Shown: piece after piece, positions 20,615 through 29,652 of the stretch
Layout: each line of letters begins with the position of its first letter
Numbering within the stretch: position 1 is the stretch's first letter
Assembly: GCA_964644695.1 (NCBI GenBank)
Contig: CAZXWN010000002.1
Span: 124,001 to 188,000 of the forward strand
From: an uncultured bacterium
GTDB taxonomy: Bacteria; UBP4; UBA4092
Reading direction: 5' to 3'
DNA length: 64,000 bases
Program-made: the position numbers and the translations under genes
Notes under the pieces: model-generated
The model's database searches: none
What the model saw: only the letters and a program-made list of their open reading frames with translations
What the model was told of the DNA's origin: nothing

Positions 20615-21589
20615 ATGGCTGCAAAAAAATACATTACATATTTTATTTTGGGATTGTTAGGAACTATCTCCTTATTTGGATGGAGCTTGGCAAAGGATCA
20701 GAAAATGATATTACAGAATAAGTTTCCTAAACCCGTAATAATTCCCCACAACCAATGGGAGGCTTTTCCTTCTGGGGGTGCGGCAGCCGACGCGAGCCGC
20801 AGGAATATAGGGCAGGGTGAGAAGTTTATATTTAAGGACATAGAATTAAAGGTCCTTGAAGTGATTTCACAAGACACTCTGGACTCAACTTCTATTGAAA
20901 AGGTGAAGATTTGTTTATCTTCCAGAGACAAAATACTGGAACAAGTATTTCGGGAAGGTGAAGCCTTTAATTGGAATGGGTATCATGTCGCTGTGGTAGC
21001 TATTCATGGAAAAAAAGGCGAATTGGGTGAAGGCCTTACTGAATTTGAGATTGCCGATATTGATTCACTCCCTGTTGACTTGGCTTCTTCGACAAAAGCG
21101 GGTTCTATAGAATCAAGACTGCGTATCCCCCATAAAATTAATAAACTCACACTGCATCATTCAGGAGACACTAAACCCGTTGCTCTTGGTGACGATATCC
21201 CGCAAAAACTGAGAGGATTACAGTCCTGGGGAGCAAATGATAAAAACTGGTGGGATGTTCCCTATCACTTTTTTATTGGTCCTGACGGGACCATTTATGA
21301 AGGCCGTGATTATCACTATATGGGTGAAACCAATACTCGATATAATCCTGCTGGACATTTGCTTATTAATGTTGTTGGTAATTATGAGATTCAAGAACCT
21401 AATGATGCTCAGTTAAAGTCTGTAATGGATTTGATGGCTTGGGCTGTTCAGGAGTTTAACGTCCCCTTGAATGAAATATATGGTCACCGGGATTTGGCCC
21501 AAACAGATTGTCCCGGTGAAAACCTGTATAGATATTTGAAGGATGGAAAAATTAAGCAGGGCATTAAAGAACGGCTTCATTTGAAATAA
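20615..21589 (+). CDS. N-acetylmuramoyl-L-alanine amidase (Amidase_2/PGRP-like)
   Basis: LHHS, DVPYHFFIGPDGTIYEGR, GHRD, CPG; likely start MAAKK at 20615. Confidence 0.88.
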   Translation: MAAKKYITYFILGLLGTISLFGWSLAKDQKMILQNKFPKPVIIPHNQWEAFPSGGAAADASRRNIGQGEKFIFKDIELKVLEVISQDTLDSTSIEKVKICLSSRDKILEQVFREGEAFNWNGYHVAVVAIHGKKGELGEGLTEFEIADIDSLPVDLASSTKAGSIESRLRIPHKINKLTLHHSGDTKPVALGDDIPQKLRGLQSWGANDKNWWDVPYHFFIGPDGTIYEGRDYHYMGETNTRYNPAGHLLINVVGNYEIQEPNDAQLKSVMDLMAWAVQEFNVPLNEIYGHRDLAQTDCPGENLYRYLKDGKIKQGIKERLHLK

Positions 21590-21620
21590 ATTATTGTAAA
21601 GATGGGAAAAGGTAAAAACG

Positions 21621-22391
21621 ATGTGGAAGTATTTGTCTGTCATATTAATATCAGTATGTTTTATGCATACTGTCGATTCAAAGGAGATTATGGTGTCAAA
21701 CGTAGAAGAAAAGGCTGCTTCATTTAAGTTTGAACGTGTGAAGAAAGATAAACTTCAGTATTTGGTACAATTCCCCGAAGGTTTTTCAAAGAAGGATAAA
21801 GATACCCTCTGGCCAATGATAGTGTTTCTTCATGGTGCTGGTGAAAGAGGTCCAGATTTAGAAAAGGTTAAAGTGTGGGGTCCTCCTGAAATGGTGTCTA
21901 AAGGTGAAATGAAGTTGCCCTTTATTATCTTGAGTCCTCAGTGTCCGGAAGGTGAAGACTGGAGTGACTATTTGGATACAGTTGTGGCCCTTATCAAGGA
22001 AACCTCAAAAAAATACCCCGTAGATAAAACCCGTGTTTATTTGACAGGAATTAGTATGGGCGGTGGTGGTACCTGGCAACTGGCAATGAAAGCTCCGGAA
22101 CTGTTTGCGGCTATTGCTCCTGTTTGTGGAAAAGGCCGTCGCTGGACGGCTGAGCCATTAAAAGGGCTTCCTGTTTGGATGTTCCATGGGGATAAAGACC
22201 CTGTCATAATGGTGCAGGAAGCCTATATTATGAATGATGCGTTGAAAGAAATGGGTAATGAAGTTCGGATGACGATATATCCTGGTGTGCAACATAATTC
22301 TTGGTCTGCCACTTATTCTAATCCGGAATTATACGATTGGTTCCTATCTCATAAGAAAGAAATCTCCGATAAGAAAAAGAAGAAAAAATAA
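21621..22391 (+). CDS. Secreted alpha/beta hydrolase (phospholipase/carboxylesterase)
   Basis: FLHGAGERG, GISMGG nucleophile, HGDKD, HNSW. Confidence 0.88.
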   Translation: MWKYLSVILISVCFMHTVDSKEIMVSNVEEKAASFKFERVKKDKLQYLVQFPEGFSKKDKDTLWPMIVFLHGAGERGPDLEKVKVWGPPEMVSKGEMKLPFIILSPQCPEGEDWSDYLDTVVALIKETSKKYPVDKTRVYLTGISMGGGGTWQLAMKAPELFAAIAPVCGKGRRWTAEPLKGLPVWMFHGDKDPVIMVQEAYIMNDALKEMGNEVRMTIYPGVQHNSWSATYSNPELYDWFLSHKKEISDKKKKKK

Positions 22392-22393
22392 GG

Positions 22394-22426
22394 AAAGCCC
22401 GGAAGATTCTTCCGGGCTTTTTCTTT
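22394..22426 (+). terminator. Intrinsic terminator
   Basis: AAAGCCCGGAAG-ATT-CTTCCGGGCTTT plus T tract. Confidence 0.85.
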
Positions 22427-22579
22427 GAAAGGACACTGCCGGGTTTACCAGTAAGGCAGTGCTTTATTGTTTGGCGCTATCACCCTGTGTGTAAAACAAC
22501 CGCATCGTTTGCTCTTAATAACTATCTATCAGGACTATGACAGATTAGGTCATCTATCATAAATGTAGAAGGTAATAAA

Positions 22580-23695
22580 ATGACATCCAGAGAACGATTA
22601 TTAGCTGTTTTAGAAGGAAAGTTACCTGATCGAGTGCCTGTATCTACTTATGAGCTGGTTGGGTATAACTCGCAATCTTTCGAAAATAAAGAGTCTTCCT
22701 ACCATCGATTAATGGAAACTATTCGAAAAGAGACCGACTGTATTTGTATGTGGAATCCGGGGAGTAATGAGACTCTTTTAATGTCATCAGCTCCAGTGGA
22801 TATCCAGATCAATGAATTGAAAGATGAAGAATATATTATATGGGACCAAACCTTACATACTCCGCAGGGAGACCTGCACCGGATAACTAAATATACGCCC
22901 TCAGTTCAGACGGTTTGGCAACCGGAACACTGGTGTAAGTCTTCTGAAGATGTAGATAAAGTATTATCCGTACCTTTTGAGCCGCTTACTTTCGATGTTT
23001 CAGATGTGGCTCGGATAAATCAAGAAGTTGGAGACAATGGAATTATTATGCCTTCCTTGGCTGACCCAATGTATCTGGCGGCTGATTTGATGGAGTTTGG
23101 TGATTTTACCGTATGGGCTATGACTGAAAAAGAGCATTTTGCCCGGACGGTGGAAATTATGCATGAAAGAGTTATGGAAAACTTACGCCGGATGTTGGAT
23201 GTTCATGTGGCTGATTTATATCGAATCTGCGGACCGGAATATGCCTGTCCTCCTTTCCTTCATCCAGACTATTTTCGGCAATTTGTAACTCCTTATGTCA
23301 AAGAGATGACGGACTTGATTCATTCCCGTGGAGCAAAAGTACGTCTCCATTGCCATGGACGAATCGGGCGGGTGCTAGATTATATTGTAGAGACCGGTTG
23401 CGATGCTCTGGATCCCTGTGAAGGCCCTCCTGATGGGGACATTTCACTCGCAGAGATAAAATCCAGAATAGGTGACCGGGTCTCTCTTTTTGGTAACATT
23501 CAACTTAAACTTCTTGAGGCGGGAACTGAAGATGAAGTCCGTCAGGAAGTGAGACGTTGTATGGAAGCAGCCAAAGAAGGGGGGCGGTTTGTATTAATGC
23601 CTACTGCCGCACCCATTAATATTCCCCTGGAATCAAAAACGGAATCTAATTATCTGGCTTACATTGATGAAGCACTCAAATGGGGTAAATATTAA
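22580..23695 (+). CDS. Uroporphyrinogen decarboxylase-like / MtaA-CmuA family protein
   Basis: MTSRERLLAVLEGKLPDRVP, LHCHG, LFGNI, GGRFVL. Confidence 0.82.
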   Translation: MTSRERLLAVLEGKLPDRVPVSTYELVGYNSQSFENKESSYHRLMETIRKETDCICMWNPGSNETLLMSSAPVDIQINELKDEEYIIWDQTLHTPQGDLHRITKYTPSVQTVWQPEHWCKSSEDVDKVLSVPFEPLTFDVSDVARINQEVGDNGIIMPSLADPMYLAADLMEFGDFTVWAMTEKEHFARTVEIMHERVMENLRRMLDVHVADLYRICGPEYACPPFLHPDYFRQFVTPYVKEMTDLIHSRGAKVRLHCHGRIGRVLDYIVETGCDALDPCEGPPDGDISLAEIKSRIGDRVSLFGNIQLKLLEAGTEDEVRQEVRRCMEAAKEGGRFVLMPTAAPINIPLESKTESNYLAYIDEALKWGKY

Positions 23696-23852
23696 CCTTT
23701 GCTATAAATCCTTCTGAAAGCCAGATGGATTGGCTATGCTAGAATTTAAGGAATTTTAGGGTCATCAATTGTAGGTGGAGAACCCTCCCTACCTGCTTAC
23801 CCTCAGGGTCTATCCCCTGCCGAATTAAAAGTCCCCTCAAGGAGGAAGGCAC

Positions 23853-25604
23853 TTGAAAGAATTAATGTCTGCTAATGAAGCCATCGCAAGAGGCGCCTGG
23901 GAAGGCGGTTGTAAAGTGGCAACGGGTTATCCCGGTACCCCTTCAACTGAAATCTTGGAAAATATTGTCCAATATAAGAAGGATTTGTACTGTGAATGGT
24001 CTCCTAATGAAAAGGTCGCTTTTGAGGTTGCCGTTGGATCCTCTTTAGCTGGGGCCCGTTCAATAGTAACAATGAAACATGTCGGGTTGAATGTTGCCGC
24101 TGATCCTTTAATGACATTTGCTTATATGGGTTCAGTGGGTGGTTTTGTCGCCATCGTTGCCGATGACCCGGGTATGCATTCTTCTCAGAATGAACAAGAT
24201 ACTCGGAACTTTGCCAAATTTGCCAAAATCCCCGTACTGGAACCCTCAGATTCACAGGAAGCCCTGGATTTTGTTAAATATGGATTTGAAATCTCCGAGA
24301 AATATACGACCCCTGTAATTTTACGTTCTACGACTCGCGTGAGTCACTCACGGTCTTTAGTGGAATTGAAGGACCGAATTACTCCTCCTCTTGAAGTAAA
24401 ATTTGAAAAGAATCCTCCCCGATTTGTTCCTATTCCGGCCTGGGCCCGTCAAATGAGAGTCCGGTTGGAAGATCGGTTAGCCCAACTCAAGGAAGCTGCC
24501 GAGACATCCCCACTTAATCGAATTGAATGGCGTGACCGTGAATTGGGAATTATTACCCATTCCGTTTCCTATCAATATGTGCGGGATATCTTCCCGGAAG
24601 CTTCTGTCTTGAAAATTGGTTTTAGTTATCCTTACCCTGATAAATTGTTCAAAGACTTTGCAGCTGGAGTAAAACGGGTATTGGTTGTTGAAGAACTTGA
24701 TGATTTTATGGAAGAGCATATCAAATCATTAGGGATTGCCTGTGATGGTAAAAACATAATTCCCCGAATTGGTGAATTAACTCCGAATGTCCTGGCTGCT
24801 TGCCGGGCAAAAATGGAAGGCCGTGAACCTGAGGTCCATAATCCCGTTGCACAAGCCCTGGATTTACCTAATCGTCCTCCGGTTCTTTGTGCGGGTTGTC
24901 CTCACCGTGGCATATTCTATGCTTTAGCGCAGGAAGATGTCATTGTGACGGGTGATATTGGGTGTTACAGTCTGGGCGTTGCTCCCCCTCTGGGTCGGAT
25001 GGATACGATTCTGTGTATGGGCGCCGGATTTACTGTGGCCCACGGCATGGATAAAGCGGGTGAGAAAAAGAAAATTGTTGGCATGGTAGGCGACTCTACC
25101 TTCTTCCACTCAGGTATAACGGGTATGTTGGATATTGTCTATAACAAAGGCATTTCAACTCTCGTGGTTGTGGATAATCGTATCACAGCGATGACCGGTC
25201 ACCAGGATAATCCTGGTACAGGCCAAACCCTGATGGGAGAAAAAACGGTTTCCGCTTCTATTGAGGCCATTGCCAAGGCGTGTGGTTTTGAAGAAATACA
25301 TGTAGTGGACCCTTACGATCAAGAGGCCACCTGTAAAGCTGTAAAAGAGTCGATAAACAGCAATAATCCCAGCTTGATAATCTCGCGTGCACCCTGCATC
25401 CTTCATGAAAAGAAACCTGTTGGACCTATGGTCTCTGTGAATGATGATATTTGTGTGGAATGTGGTCAGTGCCTTGACTTAGGCTGTCCGGGAATTGAAG
25501 CCCGCAGCGGTCATCCACATATAAATGAAATACTTTGCGGTGGTTGTCAGTTATGTGTCCAGGTTTGCCCCTGTTCAGCCATTAATCCGGTGGAGGTGAA
25601 ATAG
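23853..25604 (+). CDS. iorA: Indolepyruvate:ferredoxin oxidoreductase subunit alpha
   Basis: GYPGTPSTEI, MKHVGLNVAAD, SSQNEQD, LCAGCPH, GDIGCY, GDSTFFHSG, C-terminal ferredoxin cysteines. Confidence 0.96.
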   Translation: MKELMSANEAIARGAWEGGCKVATGYPGTPSTEILENIVQYKKDLYCEWSPNEKVAFEVAVGSSLAGARSIVTMKHVGLNVAADPLMTFAYMGSVGGFVAIVADDPGMHSSQNEQDTRNFAKFAKIPVLEPSDSQEALDFVKYGFEISEKYTTPVILRSTTRVSHSRSLVELKDRITPPLEVKFEKNPPRFVPIPAWARQMRVRLEDRLAQLKEAAETSPLNRIEWRDRELGIITHSVSYQYVRDIFPEASVLKIGFSYPYPDKLFKDFAAGVKRVLVVEELDDFMEEHIKSLGIACDGKNIIPRIGELTPNVLAACRAKMEGREPEVHNPVAQALDLPNRPPVLCAGCPHRGIFYALAQEDVIVTGDIGCYSLGVAPPLGRMDTILCMGAGFTVAHGMDKAGEKKKIVGMVGDSTFFHSGITGMLDIVYNKGISTLVVVDNRITAMTGHQDNPGTGQTLMGEKTVSASIEAIAKACGFEEIHVVDPYDQEATCKAVKESINSNNPSLIISRAPCILHEKKPVGPMVSVNDDICVECGQCLDLGCPGIEARSGHPHINEILCGGCQLCVQVCPCSAINPVEVK

Positions 25605-25606
25605 TC

Positions 25607-26185
25607 ATGAGCGATCAAACTCAGAGTGTTGTTTTAGTAGGTGTTGGTGGTCAGGGAATTTTGCTGGCCAGTGAGATTGTGGCGCGTGCCGCTATGTTTG
25701 CCGGATATGATGTTAAAACGAATGAGGTTCATGGTATGGCTCAGCGGGGTGGTTCTGTGATTGCCCAGATTCGCTATGGAAAAGCAGTAAATAGTCCACT
25801 GGTGGCCTTGGGTGATGCCCGGGTACTCGGGTCTTTTGAACAGGTTGAAGCTCTCCGATGGGCCCACTATCTGGCTCCAGATGGATTAGCTGTTGTTTCT
25901 ACCGCTGAACTTATTCCGGTTACGGTATCCAGCGGTCAGGCAACATATCCGGATAATGCTGAAGCCCGGTTAAAAGAAGTCTTCAAAAGACTAGTCCTAC
26001 TGGATGCGACAAAATTAGCTCAGGAAATGGGGGATTCCCGGATGGCGAACACGATCGTTCTGGGTGCCCTTTCCAATGGTTTAACTCTTTCACTGGAGAA
26101 TTGGGAAGAAGCCATCAAGTCCTCTGTGAAACCTAAATATGTGGAAGCAAATTTAAAAGCATTTATGGCTGGGAGAGCCCTCTAA
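25607..26185 (+). CDS. iorB: Indolepyruvate:ferredoxin oxidoreductase subunit beta
   Basis: GVGGQG, EVHGMAQRGGSV; follows iorA. Confidence 0.95.
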   Translation: MSDQTQSVVLVGVGGQGILLASEIVARAAMFAGYDVKTNEVHGMAQRGGSVIAQIRYGKAVNSPLVALGDARVLGSFEQVEALRWAHYLAPDGLAVVSTAELIPVTVSSGQATYPDNAEARLKEVFKRLVLLDATKLAQEMGDSRMANTIVLGALSNGLTLSLENWEEAIKSSVKPKYVEANLKAFMAGRAL

Positions 26186-26186
26186 T

Positions 26187-27479
26187 ATGTCTTCATTATA
26201 TTTCAATCGGGAATTGGAAATATTACCTTTAGAACAATTACGTGATATACAGTTAAAACGATTACAAAAAATCACCCAACATGTTTATCAGAACAATGCT
26301 TTTTTCAAAAAGAGCTTTGACTGTGCGGGTGTGCAGCCTGATGATATTAAAACATTAACAGATATTGAAAAGCTCCCCATTATGAGCAAAGAAGAATTCC
26401 GGAAAGAATATCCGATGGGGATGTGTTGTGTTCCGTCCAAAGAAGTTGTTGAAATACATATGTCTTCAGGATCTACAGGTACTCCTGTTGTAATGCCCTA
26501 TACCCGAAATGACATTCATCAATGGGGTGAATGTATGGCTCGGTGCTATCGGATGGCGGGTGTTGAAGCCGGAGATGTTCTTCAGATCACCCCTTCTTTT
26601 GGGTTATTTAATGGTGGATTTGGTTTCTATCATGGGGCGCAGCTGGCGAATCAGTTTGTGGTTCCTACGGGAGCGGGAAATACTCCCCGTCAGATAAAAC
26701 TTGCAAGAGATTTTAAAACACGGGTTTTGACGGGTGTCGTCTCGTATGGTGTTCGGATCATGGAAGTGCTTCAGGAAGAAGGCGGTGTTCTGGAACATCT
26801 GGAAATAGGAATATTTGGTGCGGAGACTTTTTCTGAATCACTCAAAGAGAAAATCAGAAATGGTCTGGGTGTAGAAGTCTTTGATATTTATGGCATGACG
26901 GAAACCGGTGGTGTAGGGACCTTGGGCCAGGATTGTCAGGCTCACGATGGAATTCATGCCTGGGAAGATCATTATATTGTTGAAGTTTTGGATAAAGAAA
27001 CTCATAAACCGGTCAAAGACGGACAGTTTGGTGAATTAGTGATTACCTCTCTGACGAAGGAAGCTCTTCCTGTTATTCGGTTTAGAACCGGTGATTTAAC
27101 TCGAGTGTTATCCCGTGATAAGTGTGGTTGTGGTCGGACTCATGTCCGATTGGCACCCATTACTGGTCGTGTGGATGATATGTTGATTGTGAAGGGTGTT
27201 AATTTCTTCCCCCGACAGGTGGAACAGGCTCTCATGGAAATCCCCGGTGTGGGTTCGAATTACCAAATCATCATTGAGGAATCTCATGGGGTTCGGGATG
27301 TTCGAATCAACGTCGAAGCTGAAGCCGGTGTTACTGGATTTACCGTTGAAAAGAAATTAAAAGAAGTCCTCGGATTCTCTCCAAAAGGTGATGTGTTTGC
27401 TATCGGTGCCCTTCCTCGTCAGGAAGGGAAGGCCAAAAGAGTCTTCTTTGAGAATCTTGATAATCCTGAGAAAAAATAA
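26187..27479 (+). CDS. paaK: Phenylacetate-CoA ligase
   Basis: SSGSTG, YGMTE, RFRTGD, GRVDDMLIVKGVNFFP. Confidence 0.9.
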   Translation: MSSLYFNRELEILPLEQLRDIQLKRLQKITQHVYQNNAFFKKSFDCAGVQPDDIKTLTDIEKLPIMSKEEFRKEYPMGMCCVPSKEVVEIHMSSGSTGTPVVMPYTRNDIHQWGECMARCYRMAGVEAGDVLQITPSFGLFNGGFGFYHGAQLANQFVVPTGAGNTPRQIKLARDFKTRVLTGVVSYGVRIMEVLQEEGGVLEHLEIGIFGAETFSESLKEKIRNGLGVEVFDIYGMTETGGVGTLGQDCQAHDGIHAWEDHYIVEVLDKETHKPVKDGQFGELVITSLTKEALPVIRFRTGDLTRVLSRDKCGCGRTHVRLAPITGRVDDMLIVKGVNFFPRQVEQALMEIPGVGSNYQIIIEESHGVRDVRINVEAEAGVTGFTVEKKLKEVLGFSPKGDVFAIGALPRQEGKAKRVFFENLDNPEKK

Positions 27480-27496
27480 CTTAATCGAGAAGATTG

Positions 27497-27532
27497 ACCC
27501 CGGTTTCTGGTACCACAGGAACCGGGGTTTTT
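27497..27532 (+). terminator. Intrinsic terminator
   Basis: ACCCCGGTTTCTG-loop-CAGGAACCGGGGT plus T tract. Confidence 0.8.
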
Positions 27533-27618
27533 ATTAAGACTGGAAATGAATCGAAATCTTAACAAAGGCAATACCCAGTCCTGTATATCTTTGATAGAAT
27601 GAAGACCAAAAGCTCCCG

Positions 27619-28890
27619 TTGACAGTTCTTTTGTATCTTCGGGCTTACCCCATTATTATGAGGTTAGATAAAATGATTTTAAAAACTTTAGTGACAGGTG
27701 TGATTTTGACTATGACAACCTCTGTTATTGCGCAGACAGGTTCCTTGAGTTTAGGGGCACCGGAAGAAATGGTGAAACTCCCCGAGAAAGCCAGACAAAA
27801 CTTTAAGCACAAAGAAATATCCTTTCAAAAGATACCTGGAGGAGTTACCTGGGTATCTGATATTGAACATGTTATTCCCAAAGACCATACAAAAGCCTTC
27901 CTGGCTGATACTACGCCTGCCTATTACATGGCCGGAGATACAGTTCCCGGAAACCAGATGTTTGAACTTTTCCCCTACCACTATTATGGTATTGAGGAAG
28001 AACGGGAACTGGGTACAAAAATCAGTTATAAACTCATTTGCAAAAACCCAACCAATAAACCCGTGAAAGTTGAAATCTATGGTTTGGGAACGACGACGAA
28101 CTGGGATCATGGCGTTCCATGGGAACTGGCATTAAAAGGAAATGGGAAGACTTCTTTTACTCTTAAACCTGGGGAAATCTATACTCTGTGGGAAGAAAAA
28201 TATCTTCGTGGTAATTTCCCCTGGAGTGCAATCGTTTTAGGAAAAGCAGATGGTGATCTCTGGGTAGCTGATTATGCGTGGCAGGGAGAGAAGGATCCGG
28301 GGATTGAAAATGCTACCAATATGCCCGACCTGGCCTGGCCTCCTTATAAGATTGCCTCTTTTAGCCGGGGGATTGTGAATTGGAATACGGCTGAATTGAG
28401 TGTCTTCCAGAAAAACCATGGTGATGTAGTGGATTTGGCAAAGGTTAAAAACAAAATCTATTCGACGGCTTTCGGATATTCTCCCGGTGGACCGATTGAT
28501 GCCCTTTGTGAATATAAAATCATGGATAATTCGTCTCCTGAAGATGTTGTGGAAGTGAAAGACCCCCTGTCCGGAAAAAGTCACATATTCTTTGGTGGGA
28601 ATTATCCCATCATGTATAAGTTCAATATGCCCATAACCAACAGCGGTCGGAAAACAAGAGTTCTGAGTTTTTATTTGTCTGCGAATGATATCTACAATGT
28701 GGATACTCTCTCCGGTGTGTTTATTGAAGGAAAACTCTTGAAGAACAGAGTATTATCCTGGAATAAGAATCAGAACTGGCGAGTTTTGACTGTGACACTG
28801 AAGCCCGGTGAGTCATATCCTTTGTCATTTACCGTGATTCCCCTGGGAAGTAGATGGGGTGGGATGGTCGGTTGTTTCGAAGTGAAATAA
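27619..28890 (+). CDS. Hypothetical secreted protein (start probably later, about 27673)
   Basis: Long ORF with signal-peptide-like MILKTLVTGVILTMTTSVIAQ; beta-rich; no family recognised. Confidence 0.65.
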   Translation: MTVLLYLRAYPIIMRLDKMILKTLVTGVILTMTTSVIAQTGSLSLGAPEEMVKLPEKARQNFKHKEISFQKIPGGVTWVSDIEHVIPKDHTKAFLADTTPAYYMAGDTVPGNQMFELFPYHYYGIEEERELGTKISYKLICKNPTNKPVKVEIYGLGTTTNWDHGVPWELALKGNGKTSFTLKPGEIYTLWEEKYLRGNFPWSAIVLGKADGDLWVADYAWQGEKDPGIENATNMPDLAWPPYKIASFSRGIVNWNTAELSVFQKNHGDVVDLAKVKNKIYSTAFGYSPGGPIDALCEYKIMDNSSPEDVVEVKDPLSGKSHIFFGGNYPIMYKFNMPITNSGRKTRVLSFYLSANDIYNVDTLSGVFIEGKLLKNRVLSWNKNQNWRVLTVTLKPGESYPLSFTVIPLGSRWGGMVGCFEVK

Positions 28891-28907
28891 ATTAAAAAAA
28901 GATATGA

Positions 28908-29486
28908 TTAATCAGAAGCCTGGATATTTTCCAGGCTTTTCTTTTTTCTGGTCCACCGGGGGATATTTTTATGAATGATCATATTTCGAAGAACGGGGAT
29001 ATCCTGAAGCTCTAAGGAACGTTTGGGAATAATGATGGGGTATTCCGGGGAATCAAAAAGGATGAATGTTTCTCCCGTTTCCCCATATTTGCGGACAGAT
29101 GACCAGTCAATCAGAGTCGTTTCCCCATTCATTGTTTGAATGAGGTCCGATTCAGTGATAATAAAACTTATGGCAAACTGGCTTCTAAAATCATCCTTCA
29201 TTAATTGATGTGCATTCCTGGGTATTATGTACCGGGTCTTGATTTGGTAAGAAATCCATGTGTAGAAAACGGTCAAGATGCTTACTAATATGTAAGCAAT
29301 GGCATTTGAATACTCAAAGATGGATTGTTGTATCAGGACTATTAAGGGAAACACTGTAACCAGGCTGAGTATAAATGCAATGGAGAAATGGGTAATGGCT
29401 CCGGTGTTTCTCAGTAATAGAAAATCATAATAATCTTTTTCAGATAACTGGATGTTCTGAGTTTTAACTAATTTATCTGGTTTCAT
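28908..29486 (-). CDS. YcxB-family membrane protein
   Basis: Two TM helices then W-x6-ET and IIIPKR motif. Confidence 0.75.
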   Translation of the reverse strand: MKPDKLVKTQNIQLSEKDYYDFLLLRNTGAITHFSIAFILSLVTVFPLIVLIQQSIFEYSNAIAYILVSILTVFYTWISYQIKTRYIIPRNAHQLMKDDFRSQFAISFIITESDLIQTMNGETTLIDWSSVRKYGETGETFILFDSPEYPIIIPKRSLELQDIPVLRNMIIHKNIPRWTRKKKSLENIQASD

Positions 29487-29652
29487 CTGTTTTGTTTACC
29501 CCATTTTTTATTTATGTCACCTTAAAGAATAATATACTAAAATCTATATTGAGGTATAAATTTTAATGAATGATTAACTGTTATTCAGTGATGTCGTTAA
29601 AATAAAAGCACTGTGTCATACTTTTACTAGAATCATACTATTGGAGAGAGCG

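Noticed and set aside
23760..23850. GC-rich hairpins upstream of iorA as a possible riboswitch or T-box
   Set aside because: No recognisable aptamer or T-box consensus; would need an Rfam search
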